A model generated the notes under the pieces. That model had not been told where the DNA came from. It saw nothing but the letters and a program-made list of their open reading frames with translations, and did no database searches. A stretch of 64,000 nt of DNA, taken from contig CBFFRP010000036.1 in the NCBI GenBank assembly GCA_965644295.1, positions 62,001 through 126,000 on the forward strand, in the 5' to 3' direction. The position numbers and the translations under genes were made by a program. The DNA comes from Paraphysomonas bandaiensis (Eukaryota; Protista; Chrysophyceae). Each line of letters starts with the position of its first letter. The first letter of the stretch is position 1. This document shows, one piece after another, positions 12,591 to 23,513 of this stretch.

Positions 12591-12830
12591 ATGTATGTAT
12601 GTATGTATGTATGTATGTATGTATGTATGTATGTATGTATGTATGTATGTATGTATGTATGTATGTATGTATGTATGTATGTATGTATGTATGTATGTAT
12701 GTATGTATGTATGTATGTATGTATGTATGTATGTATGTATGTTTGTATGTATGTATGTATGTATGTATGTATGTATGTATGTATGTATGTATGTATGTAT
12801 GTATGTATGTATGTATGTATGTATGTATGT
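12591..12830 (+). repeat. (ATGT)n microsatellite, about 60 units, inverted relative to 12284-12500
   Basis: Read directly; one GTTT interruption near 12742. Confidence 0.98.
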
Positions 12831-12905
12831 GTGTGTCAAGGATTCTCTTAAGAGGATCTTATATATGGAGGTGTTGTTGTATTGCACTCATTCCATGCAG
12901 CTGTT

Positions 12906-13706
12906 ATGGACTTCAGAGGACTAACTGCAGATAACATAACACAATCGATCGATACATACGGTGTATCTCCCGGAGGATCTATATGCATACGCAACGAATC
13001 ATCCGCAGCCTATGAGTCTCTACGCACTGGCCTGTACATCACATGGGCACCTACACATACATACATACATAACCAAACTACACATGATTTACATACAAAT
13101 AAATCTCAATGTTGTCGTGTAGGATCTCACTCATACTGTCAATGCGGACACACACTTTCTAAACACAAAAATATTATAATCAAGCCACAATCAAATGCAT
13201 ACATTCAACCGCCAAAATGTGTGGCTGAGAATTGTCGATGTATAAGATTCAACTATATGCCAAGTAGACCTGAAGAATGCGGGCAATGGTGGTTGCCTCG
13301 TAGGAAAGATTTTGATATTAAAGCCTGGCGAAAGGTATTGAAACATAATTGTATTGTCTAGTTGACTGTATGATATATACTGCAGCGAGTCAAAGCTCAG
13401 CCAAATGATTATAGCTGTATTGGATGTGACTTAAAGATAACTGACCATGAAACTCTTTTTGAGACAAGACAACAACGAATAGATAGAGGTAATATAGTTT
13501 TTTTCCGTAACTATCTAAAATTTGTTCTTAACAACAACGTAGGTGCGAGTGTTGATGATGCCTACATCCCTCTCCACGATACACCTGATATTCAGAGTCG
13601 CGTTCTTCAAGGCTGTACAAGTGAAAGTAAAGGAACGGGTCGAAGTAATTCTAGTCGGTACGTTCTGCATCGACCTGCCGCCGCGGAATCTAAGTCCTCG
13701 AAATAG
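12906..13706 (+). CDS. FAM221-family Cys/His-rich protein (3 exons)
   Basis: LYITW...CCRVGSHSYCQCGHTLSKH...CRCIRFNYMPSRPEECGQWWL.RR..FD...WR; after splicing, CIGCD....HETLFETRQQR...G...DAYIPL. These match FAM221A/B motifs as I recall them. Confidence 0.8.
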
Positions 13707-14403
13707 TTCCGTCCGTTATTGCTTATATGATATCGGAGTGAGTAGTGAATTATATATGTTGATATCACTTTTGTATATATGTATGGATGAACAATGAAGG
13801 TGGCGAGTACCTCAGGTGCAATACGAAATATGGTCATATATCCCTCCGATTTGAGTGAAGTAATACGATGATAATTTTAGAAAATCGCCTGTAATATATA
13901 TAGTACATAGTTTGTGGAGTCAGTAGGATGCTTATATGCTTATTGGCTCTTGTGGTTTGTCAATATGTGTAGACATATTGCATATTGAAGTTTTTGTTTC
14001 ATAATTAAATCTTGACACATAAAATACATGCATTCAGTAGCTTGGCACGAAAACTTCTAGACCCACAAGGTTTTATTGGTCACAGAACACTAAAGAATTG
14101 TTATATAATTATCGGAATATATAGCTAGTAGCTATCCCTAACTACCGTGAAAACACAGATATCAACTGCCATTCTTTCAGTGTTTTCACAAAGGACAAAA
14201 GATTATTAAATATCAAGCTTCTTAGAGGTATTAATTAAACCGATTAATGCAAATGACTCAGTAGCCAGACAATAGATGCAGTATATCTTACAGCATGCGT
14301 TAACAGCAATTGTTGAAAAACACTTGCAATATGTACTCATATCCCTTGTCACTCGCACTGTAATTTTTCCAGTTCCTTCAAATAATTTTCATCTGTCAGA
14401 CAC

Positions 14404-16560
14404 CTAGCCCCACAGATCCGCATTCTTGGTGGCCTTCTCGTCTTCCACACCTCCAACCAAATCGCCGAGTATGGCGGCATTAACAGGTGGTGGAGCTGGA
14501 GGTGTTTCAGGCTCTTGTACTTCTGGAGGTGCCTCTTCACTCGCACCAGCCGGCTCGTCAAATGGATTAGTTGAAACTCGTTCCACAGGCTGTGCGGAAT
14601 TCTCTGCCTCAGATGATGCCTTAGTATTCTGAGTCTGAGGTGCCGTGTCTTCTTCAGTAGAAACAGGTTTGCTTGGCGATGAGGTGGATGTCGGGAAGAG
14701 CAGAGAGGAGTTCGATGTAGCAGACTTGTAGAGCGCTTCCACCCAAGGGCCGGAAGAAGAAATTCCTTCTGCTGGTGGTGGCAGGCCCTCTGGAGGTTGA
14801 TCGAGGGGTTTCAGAGACAGCTGATCCAGAAGCTGAGAGGTTTCTGAGATAGCTGTTGTGGCACTCAGCGACAGGTCTTTCAGGAAAAGTCCAGCAGAGC
14901 AGCTGATAGTATGTGCGGTAACCATCGTTGTTGCGCCATAACTACTCATCGCGCGGCGTAAACTATTGGATCTGCACTTCGCCTGAAGAGGAACGGTGAA
15001 GAAATAAAAACCCTTATAGAAAGTGTTCAGCATGGAACTTTTCATTTCCAGATTACGCTTTGATTCCTGCAGCTGCTCCCATTTTGTGGATTGCTGTGAT
15101 TCGAGCTTCTCTACTTTCACACGGAGACTATCGATTGAAGAAACTATGTCGTCGTGGTATTTCAAAAGCTCACGCATCGAAGCATTCCGCAGAAGCTCGT
15201 GATCCAAGTAAGTCGAGAAAAGAATGTTGGAATACTCCGCAACATCTTGGGTGGCAACGTGCTGGAAAAAGTACAATTATCATTACCCACGACAACATCA
15301 TTGACAGGACAGTGCAATACAGCATACATGAAGTCGGTAAGTACAACAAGAGAAATGTGATGACTAACCCGCTCTGCACACAGTGCGTCCAATCGGGATA
15401 CCATTGTCTGGACTTTTTCGGTTTCCTGAATTTTTGTGTCGCCTGACGAACAAATGATTACATGAGGTTGACCGTGAAAACATATACAGAACACAACAAG
15501 TGTGTTGCACAATTACACACATAATAGTAAAATTCTCACATGAAATAGTCTCCAGACTGCGTCCAGCGAGATATATCACATCCTGCTTCTCAGAATTCGC
15601 CCAAGAGTCAACGGCGTGGTGAAAGGCATCATTTGCCTGATGTAACGCGGCTTGACTTTTCTGTACCGCACGCGACGCATCAAGTACACTTTGCACTATT
15701 AGAAAGATATCAGATTACCAGAAAACAAATATAGAGGTATTCCGAATATTATCAGAAGTACGTACATTGCTTGTCGACAACATTCAGTTCATCTTTTAAC
15801 TCATATGTCCTCTCCAGCGGCATAGAGGGCATATTCAGCCTGTCAAGTATCGCCTGCAGCATATCCTCCTCAATATCTTTCTTATCATCACCCTTCGATG
15901 CATTTGTTGACATAAAATCGATCCATGCAGGATCTTTTCGTAGCCATGGGTTTGATACGACAGATTCACAAAACAGTGTTAGTCCCTGTATACATGTACA
16001 CAGAGTGTTACTTCATCCATCGCACACAATACAGCGCAAGCTCACCTGCATCCTCTCGGTAATAAAATCCTTTCCCAACTTCCCAATTACTTTTTTATTA
16101 GGAAGAGATGGAACACATATTCCAAATGGAGTGTATTTTGCCTATAAAAAGTATAAGGCTTACATAACATATATATCTTATAACATACATATGTAATATT
16201 TATGACATGTATATACAATTATATATACCATACATAGATAACATACATATATACCGTGTATATATCATACATATACATACATATATATATAAATCTCTCT
16301 CTGTAATTGGGACAAACCAGACCCATTCATCTACACACCTTTAATACATCTCTTAAAGCACAGAACTCACTAAATCGATGTCTAACACCAATCAATTCAC
16401 TATCCGATGATTTTAATAATACACGAAATGTTGTATATGATTTCGCCATAAATCCTGAATCTTTAACTGTTTCAGGATTTTCAACCCATATCTTCACATC
16501 TGTATTAGTAACATGATGTAACCATGTTTGAATTGTTTCATCGGTAATTTTTGATGTCAT
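14404..16560 (-). CDS. Sorting nexin, PX + BAR-like domains, multi-exon
   Basis: PX motifs YTTFRV...VRHRFSEFCALRDVL, VPSLPNKKVIG...FITERMQGL..F...NPWLR; helical coiled region; acidic/Pro tail with an NPF motif. Confidence 0.88.
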
Positions 16561-16650
16561 TGTTATGTATTGAATTACCTTAATATCTTAATTGCATTGG
16601 AGTTAGTGTATATAGAGGGGTATGTGGATGGAAGATTGCAACAGCAGGAG

Positions 16651-16721
16651 ATGTATGTATGTATGTATGTATGTATGTATGTATGTATGTATGTATGTAT
16701 GTATGTATGTATGTATGTATG
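16651..16721 (+). repeat. (ATGT)n microsatellite
   Basis: Read directly between the divergent SNX and MLF genes. Confidence 0.95.
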
Positions 16722-17173
16722 ATGTGGCATATATATATATATATCTACTGTATACTATCAGTATTCTCAAGGAGATCTAGCAGATCCACAGATCCATATA
16801 TTCCATACCATACTTGCGTGGGACACCCATATGGAACCTTATGGTATCTTAAAAAGACCTCTCTTTTCAGTTTATTAATTTTCTTTTGTTTTGTGGTACA
16901 GAAATAAACACCTGATTTCTAAGAAAATGCTTGATATTTCCAGACGAATCTCTGAAATATATCAGAAAAAGCCGATTTCTAGAAATCAAAAGCACTGTGG
17001 CCAGTGTATGCAGTCAATAAAGGAGTCATTTCTATGAAAAGTCCAACCGAAATTTCGAGAAACAGTGTATAAATCCGTGTATTTATAAGAATATAAACCA
17101 AAACACAGCATATCAAAACACTCATAATTACATACACCAGACAAGACAGAAGGATTTATATATACTACAAGAA

Positions 17174-17722
17174 ATGCTATCAACAAGAAGAAACGATATA
17201 TTTGGTGATGATTTCTTTGATGATGACATGTCAAATGATATGTTTGGAGGGAGTTTGGCTAAGATGATGTCTCGATTTGATAATATGGACAGTGATATCA
17301 TGACTACAGGCTTTCCCTCAGGTTCCAAGGGACAGTGTTACCAATCCTCCTATAGTATGTCTTATTCATCAGGAGGGGGGGGACAAGAGCCTATTAAAGT
17401 AACCAAATCATCTGTACAGGTGAGTAACAGTGATGGTTATGCTGAGAGAAGGGAAACATATAGCAACTCGAAAGAAGGAGTGGAGAAAGCTTCTGTCAGT
17501 AGGAAGATTGGTGACCGTGGAAGAAAGATAGAAAAGAGCAGAAATCGACATGGAGAAGAGAATTGTGTTGATACACTCTTCAATATGGATGAGAATGAAG
17601 CGAAACGCTTTGATAATGACTGGGAGGCGTATGCTGGAAATAATAATCTTCGTCTAACTGACGCTGCAAAGCCCAGTGGAAGAACAAAAGCTCGGAATTC
17701 TCCGAAGGCCCTGAAATATTAA
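17174..17722 (+). CDS. Myeloid leukemia factor (MLF)-family protein
   Basis: F/M/D-rich N-terminus; YQSSYSMSYS; E...YSNS.EG.EK..VSRKIGDRGRKIEKSRN..GEE.....NMDE.EA..FD.DW pattern. Confidence 0.85.
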   Translation: MLSTRRNDIFGDDFFDDDMSNDMFGGSLAKMMSRFDNMDSDIMTTGFPSGSKGQCYQSSYSMSYSSGGGGQEPIKVTKSSVQVSNSDGYAERRETYSNSKEGVEKASVSRKIGDRGRKIEKSRNRHGEENCVDTLFNMDENEAKRFDNDWEAYAGNNNLRLTDAAKPSGRTKARNSPKALKY

Positions 17723-18391
17723 CATGATGAGGTTTACAATGTCCACTTTTCGCTTTTACATTGTTACAGGAAAATGCAGTATTATGAAATATACCTCATC
17801 ATTATTGACTTATAATTATTAGGGTACTTTCACAACAAATTGAATACGCAATTTTCAAATTGATTAAATAACATAACAACTTTTTTCATTTCATATGTAC
17901 TATTTTATGCGAATTGATTGCTCACTGTCTACCACTTGAGAGCTGTCATTATCCAGGAACTATGTGCTACATATTCCAGTACTCATAACGCATTCACTCA
18001 TTTTAATCGACATTGTATTGTTTTATCCACAATTGTCTGATGAGGTGAATTCTTTCATGGAGGTATATACTCGACAACGAAGTGCCAAATTCATTGTTCA
18101 ACTAACGGTAGTAAACACATACACACCAGTAAACAGTGTACGTGTTATAACAAGTATCCAAAGGAGAAGCAATAGCAGCGCTAGGAGATCGGCAGTGTCA
18201 CATATAGCAACACAGAGAGCTATTGATTGCAACTTAAGAGCACACTTACTTTTATTTTACTTCCCACTGTTTATGCGAGAAGCCTTGTACACGTTTCTGA
18301 TGTATGATATTATACTACTTTAACCCTGTTAATTAAGAATCAAGGATGTCTTGATTGATTTATTGAGAAGTAATAGTGTTATATTTAAAGT

Positions 18392-21300
18392 TATTGAACT
18401 ACAACCAACTCCTACGTGCGTACTTGAAGTTTGGTAAAGTCAATCGCTAGTAGTTATCCTGTATTCTATGTAGCAATGAAATACAGAATATACATGACTA
18501 CAGTATAGGAGTAGCTATTACAAGTATACAAAGAAACTGAAAATATAGTAGCTGTTAAAGATATGATTTGTAGAACAGAATGTTGATGTTGGTGAATGAC
18601 GTGGTTCCTAACTCACAGGGCTACAACATCATAAACTTACTATATCTCCTATAATATCAATCAGTCAATATTGCACTAACTAAAAGCGTAAATTAATATG
18701 GTAGCGGATGGTAGTTTCACGAATGTCGCCTCAGGCTCAAAGGTACCTCCCTTCGAGGAACTGAACTTCAAGAAATTCAAGAAGTTCTTCACCTCATTCC
18801 TCATGAGACACAATCGAGCTCATCTTGTCCTCTCAAAGGATAAACCAAGGCACATTCATGATCTAGACTCTACAGTCCCAGCGGGAGCTCATATGACTGA
18901 TGCACAGAAGAAGCGACTACGCAAAGCGAAGAAACTCTGGAACACCCGGAACGAGACCGCGTACTCCTTCCTGATGGAAGTGTGCAATGCTCACCCAAAA
19001 GCAGGCACAACAGCGGCTCTCTACGAAGGAAGTACAGCAAAAGGGTTACTACAGGCACTGGAAGAGAGATTTCTCAACGTTGAAAAGAATACAGTACAGG
19101 CAGAGGTCACAAAGTTCAATTCAATGAAGATTACCTCAAGTCAGTCAGGAGCAGAGTTCGTCGACAGCGTTGAAGCCCAGGCCAAGATTCTCGAGAATCT
19201 AGGTCGTGAAGTCACGGAAGACGACAAGCTCACTCGACTAAAGGAAGGTCTCACAGACAAGAGATATTCCCAACTAGCACACAGCCTGTATACAGCAAAC
19301 GATGTGACATACGCAAGAGCAAGCAGCCTAATCAAAGGGTATGAAAACACATCATTCGGCAAGCATGCGTTGCAAAATTCAGGGGAAGACAGTGTCAATC
19401 AAGCAGTGGATGACAGTAAATGGAAAGAGCACAAGAGAAAGGGCAGATGCAATAAGTGCAAGAAACTTGGCCACTTTGCTAGGGAGTGCAAGACTCCAGA
19501 GCATGTCATAAAGAGGATGAAGGGGACAAGATCACAGAGAAAAGATAGAGATCACAGAAACAGGGGTGATAACAAAACAAAGCTACCTGTGTGTGAGATA
19601 TGTGACATCCCAGGCCATCAGACTAAAGACTGCTTCCACTTGAAGACTGCTAAAGCTGCAGTGGTCAGTTCTAAACGGGGGCGAGACTCTAGAAGGGAAA
19701 CGGCACCCTACAAGAACAAGAAGAAACCGCGAGTGTCTGTACATGATTCAGAAGATGAAGCGGGATACGAATCGATGATATGTGTGGAAGAAGAGGTGAA
19801 TCTAGCACAGAGCATGTCAGATGTTATTTATTTAGACAGCGGGTGCAACAAGATGATCCTTACCTCCAAAAACCACATGACCAACCTTCAGCGCGCTGAT
19901 AGGCAGATGTCCACAGCGAACAAAGGTAAACTGTCAATACACAGTGTTGGCGATGTAGGAAGCTTTAAAAAGGTGTACTACGCACCTGAAGCAAGTAAGA
20001 ACCTCGTAGATATGAAGAGCATCACAGATAGGGGTTGTGTTGTGACGTTCGATAATGATGAAGTCGTCATTCGAAATAAGACTACGAACAAGACACTCAT
20101 TAGACAGAGAAGTGTTAATGGATTATATCCAGTTCGACTCGAAGACTTACTTCAGCTTGGAGAAGAATCCTCAGCAGCACTTGAGGAGCAGGGGTTTGAT
20201 GACCAGCGAATTCTATGGCACAAAAGACTTGGCCATGTCAACTATGATAAACTGACTGAGTCCGACCGCCGAGGCCTAGTTGATGGAATAAATCTGGACA
20301 AGAAATATTTCAGAAAAAAACACAAAAAAACGATATGCAAATGTAATACCTGCATGCGATCGAAACTCACGAGAAAGAACTTCAGGACTCCACGCCAGTT
20401 GATGAACTTAGACAACAACCCAAAGGAGAGAGGGGTGCTCAGTGCAGATACGATGGAAGTCCTAAACACGCCATCGATGGAAGGCTACAAACATGTGTTA
20501 CTATTCAAGCACAGTGATGCAAAACATGTATGGGCTTATGGGTTGAAAAACAAGACTGGGAGTGAAGTGTTAAAGTGTATGAAGGACATGGTAGAGACCC
20601 AACTTGTCAAAGAAGGATTGCAACTACGACGATATCATGCAGATGGCGCAGGAGAACTAGTAGGGCAACATGTCAGGCAGTACTTACGTGAAACCACCAG
20701 CACAAGGACTGTACAGGTTACTTGGACTCCACGTGACACACCCGAAATGAATTCGCTATCGGAACGCACTAATCGTACAGTGAAGGAGATGGCCCTTGCT
20801 ATATTGCTCGATAGTGGCATGCCATCAGTATTTTGGTTCAAAGCAGTCTTGCATGCTGTATATCTGATCAACAGGTTACCTACGAAGACAACGAAAGGAT
20901 ACATCTCACCTTTTGAGTATATTACTGGAACCGCACCAGATGTGAGTGACTTGAAGATCTGGGGCTGCAAGGCATGGGCTATTGTGCCGAAGGAGCAGCG
21001 CCGCAAAGAGTGGAAAGAAAAGGGAAAACCTGGATACTATATGGGACAATGTCAACAACCTGTTGGACACCAAATATATATTCCAGACCTGAATGCTATT
21101 ATTGTTGCAGTCAATGCACAGTTTGATGAGTCAATTCCAGAGCGTTCACAGGAGTATTTCGACGAAATAGATAATCTACAAATCGACACCTCAGAAACAG
21201 CAGAGAGTGTAAATGACTATCAGTACCTGGTGGGCCTCAGACATCTTGATGGACACCTGTGTTATGTTACCACCAGAGTGATAGAGAGAAGAGGAGTCAT

Positions 21301-23513
21301 TGTTGCATATAGGAGATTAGATATGAAAGGAAATACTACCGAGGAGCAAACTCCAATTCATATCAAAGATGTAGTAAAGATGACTCACTCTACAAAGTGT
21401 CAGACCGACAAGTTTAATAGTTTGCGAAATGAGTTGGATCAGACTTGTAATGACAGTGACAATGAACAGAGGACTCCTGACCGCTCAAATCGGGGCGCAT
21501 CTTCAACAGGTGGGGCAGATCGAAATCCCAGAACTGAAAAACGACCTCGAAAAAAACGGCACATTGTTAACGTTGGTGTCCTCGGCGATGTCTCATTGTT
21601 TCTTGATTCCTCCAACAGCACAATTAAAGAGCCACAGACGCTGGCAGAAGCAAAGAAGACTCCACAGAGAACATACTGGATTGAAGCTACCAGGAAGGAG
21701 GTGCACAAGCTTGAACGAAGGACATGCTGGAAGATTGTCCGAAGGCCGAAACACCGAAAAATCATAAAATCTAAATTGGTCTTTAAAGTAAAGCGCGACC
21801 ATCTTGGAAAAATTAAGAAGTTCAAAGTTCGACTTGTGGCGAAAGGGTTTACTCAAGAACAAGGAGTCGACTATAATGAGACATTCTCCCCAGTAGCTAA
21901 AGGTGTATCATTTAGGCTAGCACTGGCACTGGCTCTGCGATACAATCTGCAACTCCGTCAACTCGATGTAGAAACGGCATTTCCGTATGCAGATCTGGAC
22001 GAAGACGTGTTTATGTCTCCACCTGCAGGAATAGATATTCCACAAGGCTGTTGTTTGAAGATTCTGAAGAGTTTGTATGGCCTAAAACAAGCGCCTCGAA
22101 ATTGGCATTCAATGCTGAAGGACAGTATAAAGGCGATGGGGTATAAACAATGTGTTCTTGACCCATGTTTATTTGTACTCAAGGGTACTGATGATAACCT
22201 ACATATGATACTTGTGTATGTAGATGATATCATTGTGCTCAGCTCTGACAGCCGTCATATTGAAGAAGTCATCAGCGCCTTTAAGACTCAATATGCCATG
22301 CAAGATATGGGGGACCTTAAGCATTATTTAGGTCTTACCATTGAGCGTCATAATGGCCAGATTAAGTTACATCAGTCTGCATATGCTAAAGATGTTGTGG
22401 CCAGATTCAATCACTTGTTGTCAGAAAAGAAGAGACGGTGCAAGGCAACCACACCTCTACCACCTGGCCTAAAGTTGTCCAAGGATGCAAAAGAGGAAGA
22501 AACTCGAAAACAGAGAGAATACGTTGATGCATTTCCCTATCAATCTGTTATTGGTGCCTTAATGTATTTGGCAGTGCATACTAGACCAGACATGGCATAT
22601 ACAGTAAATCTTCTCTCCCGGTTCACCACAAGACCCACGTACGCTGCATGTCAAGCTGCTCTGCATACTTTATTGTATTTAGAAAATACAGTTGATCAAG
22701 ATTGGGCCGGAGATCTGGATACATGCAGATCCACTACAGGGTATATCGTATATCTGTGGGGTGCTCCAATTGCATGGCAGTCCAGACTGCAGCCAACAGT
22801 GGCTACGTCGACTATGGAAGCTGAATATATGGCTGCATATGCTGCAATTCAGGAGATTGTATGGATACGAGGGGTGATGACAGAGCTCGGAATTCGTGGA
22901 TTTGAGCTCAGTAAGAATGCGTCTCCAACAATCTTGAATATGGACAGCAAGAGTGCGATTGATCTAGCTCAGAACCCGGTAAATCATAAACGTTCCAAGC
23001 ATATTCGGATCAAGTATCATTGGATTCGAGAGCAAGTGGGAGGCTGTATCGTCAGGCTGAATCATGTGCCAACGGCAGAGATGACAGCAGACGTGATGAC
23101 TAAAGCCTTGTCCGAGAAGCTGCACTATCAGCATGTGCACACTATGGTATCGCACTAAGTAGACTTGCTCATCACAGTATATTCTGATATGTTCATTGAG
23201 TGGGAGTATTGAACTACAACCAACTCCTACGTGCGTACTTGAAGTTTGGTAAAGTCAATCGCTAGTAGTTATCCTGTATTCTATGTAGCAATGAAATACA
23301 GAATATACATGACTACAGTATAGGAGTAGCTATTACAAGTATACAAAGAAACTGAAAATATAGTAGCTGTTAAAGATATGATTTGTAGAACAGAATGTTG
23401 ATGTTGGTGAATGACGTGGTTCCTAACTCACAGGGCTACAACATCATAAACTTACTATATCTCCTATAATATCAATCAGTCAATATTGCACTAACTAAAA
23501 GCGTAAATTAATA
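18392..23513 (+). mobile_element. Ty1/copia LTR retrotransposon B, young, non-canonical TA...TA termini
   Basis: 307-bp LTRs at 18392-18698 and 23207-23513, identical by eye; TSD AAAGT at 18387-18391 and 23514-23518; PBS TGGTAGC at 18699; PPT ATTGAGTGGGAG just before 23207. Confidence 0.97.
18698..23158 (+). CDS. Gag-Pol polyprotein of copia B (gag with 2 CCHC, PR, IN, RT, RNase H)
   Basis: CNKCKKLGHFAREC, CEICDIPGHQTKDC, YLDSGC, WHKRLGH..CNTC, HADGAGE, RLVAKGF, YVDD, RSKHI; copia order (IN before RT). Confidence 0.96.
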   Translation: MVADGSFTNVASGSKVPPFEELNFKKFKKFFTSFLMRHNRAHLVLSKDKPRHIHDLDSTVPAGAHMTDAQKKRLRKAKKLWNTRNETAYSFLMEVCNAHPKAGTTAALYEGSTAKGLLQALEERFLNVEKNTVQAEVTKFNSMKITSSQSGAEFVDSVEAQAKILENLGREVTEDDKLTRLKEGLTDKRYSQLAHSLYTANDVTYARASSLIKGYENTSFGKHALQNSGEDSVNQAVDDSKWKEHKRKGRCNKCKKLGHFARECKTPEHVIKRMKGTRSQRKDRDHRNRGDNKTKLPVCEICDIPGHQTKDCFHLKTAKAAVVSSKRGRDSRRETAPYKNKKKPRVSVHDSEDEAGYESMICVEEEVNLAQSMSDVIYLDSGCNKMILTSKNHMTNLQRADRQMSTANKGKLSIHSVGDVGSFKKVYYAPEASKNLVDMKSITDRGCVVTFDNDEVVIRNKTTNKTLIRQRSVNGLYPVRLEDLLQLGEESSAALEEQGFDDQRILWHKRLGHVNYDKLTESDRRGLVDGINLDKKYFRKKHKKTICKCNTCMRSKLTRKNFRTPRQLMNLDNNPKERGVLSADTMEVLNTPSMEGYKHVLLFKHSDAKHVWAYGLKNKTGSEVLKCMKDMVETQLVKEGLQLRRYHADGAGELVGQHVRQYLRETTSTRTVQVTWTPRDTPEMNSLSERTNRTVKEMALAILLDSGMPSVFWFKAVLHAVYLINRLPTKTTKGYISPFEYITGTAPDVSDLKIWGCKAWAIVPKEQRRKEWKEKGKPGYYMGQCQQPVGHQIYIPDLNAIIVAVNAQFDESIPERSQEYFDEIDNLQIDTSETAESVNDYQYLVGLRHLDGHLCYVTTRVIERRGVIVAYRRLDMKGNTTEEQTPIHIKDVVKMTHSTKCQTDKFNSLRNELDQTCNDSDNEQRTPDRSNRGASSTGGADRNPRTEKRPRKKRHIVNVGVLGDVSLFLDSSNSTIKEPQTLAEAKKTPQRTYWIEATRKEVHKLERRTCWKIVRRPKHRKIIKSKLVFKVKRDHLGKIKKFKVRLVAKGFTQEQGVDYNETFSPVAKGVSFRLALALALRYNLQLRQLDVETAFPYADLDEDVFMSPPAGIDIPQGCCLKILKSLYGLKQAPRNWHSMLKDSIKAMGYKQCVLDPCLFVLKGTDDNLHMILVYVDDIIVLSSDSRHIEEVISAFKTQYAMQDMGDLKHYLGLTIERHNGQIKLHQSAYAKDVVARFNHLLSEKKRRCKATTPLPPGLKLSKDAKEEETRKQREYVDAFPYQSVIGALMYLAVHTRPDMAYTVNLLSRFTTRPTYAACQAALHTLLYLENTVDQDWAGDLDTCRSTTGYIVYLWGAPIAWQSRLQPTVATSTMEAEYMAAYAAIQEIVWIRGVMTELGIRGFELSKNASPTILNMDSKSAIDLAQNPVNHKRSKHIRIKYHWIREQVGGCIVRLNHVPTAEMTADVMTKALSEKLHYQHVHTMVSH

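Noticed and set aside
12253-12934. ORFs of MYVC/HTYI repeats
   Set aside because: Translations of the (ACAT)n and (ATGT)n microsatellites.
1299-16560. WASH1 and a sorting nexin as an endosomal gene cluster
   Set aside because: Only two genes, separated by unrelated genes and a transposon; chance is sufficient without synteny data.
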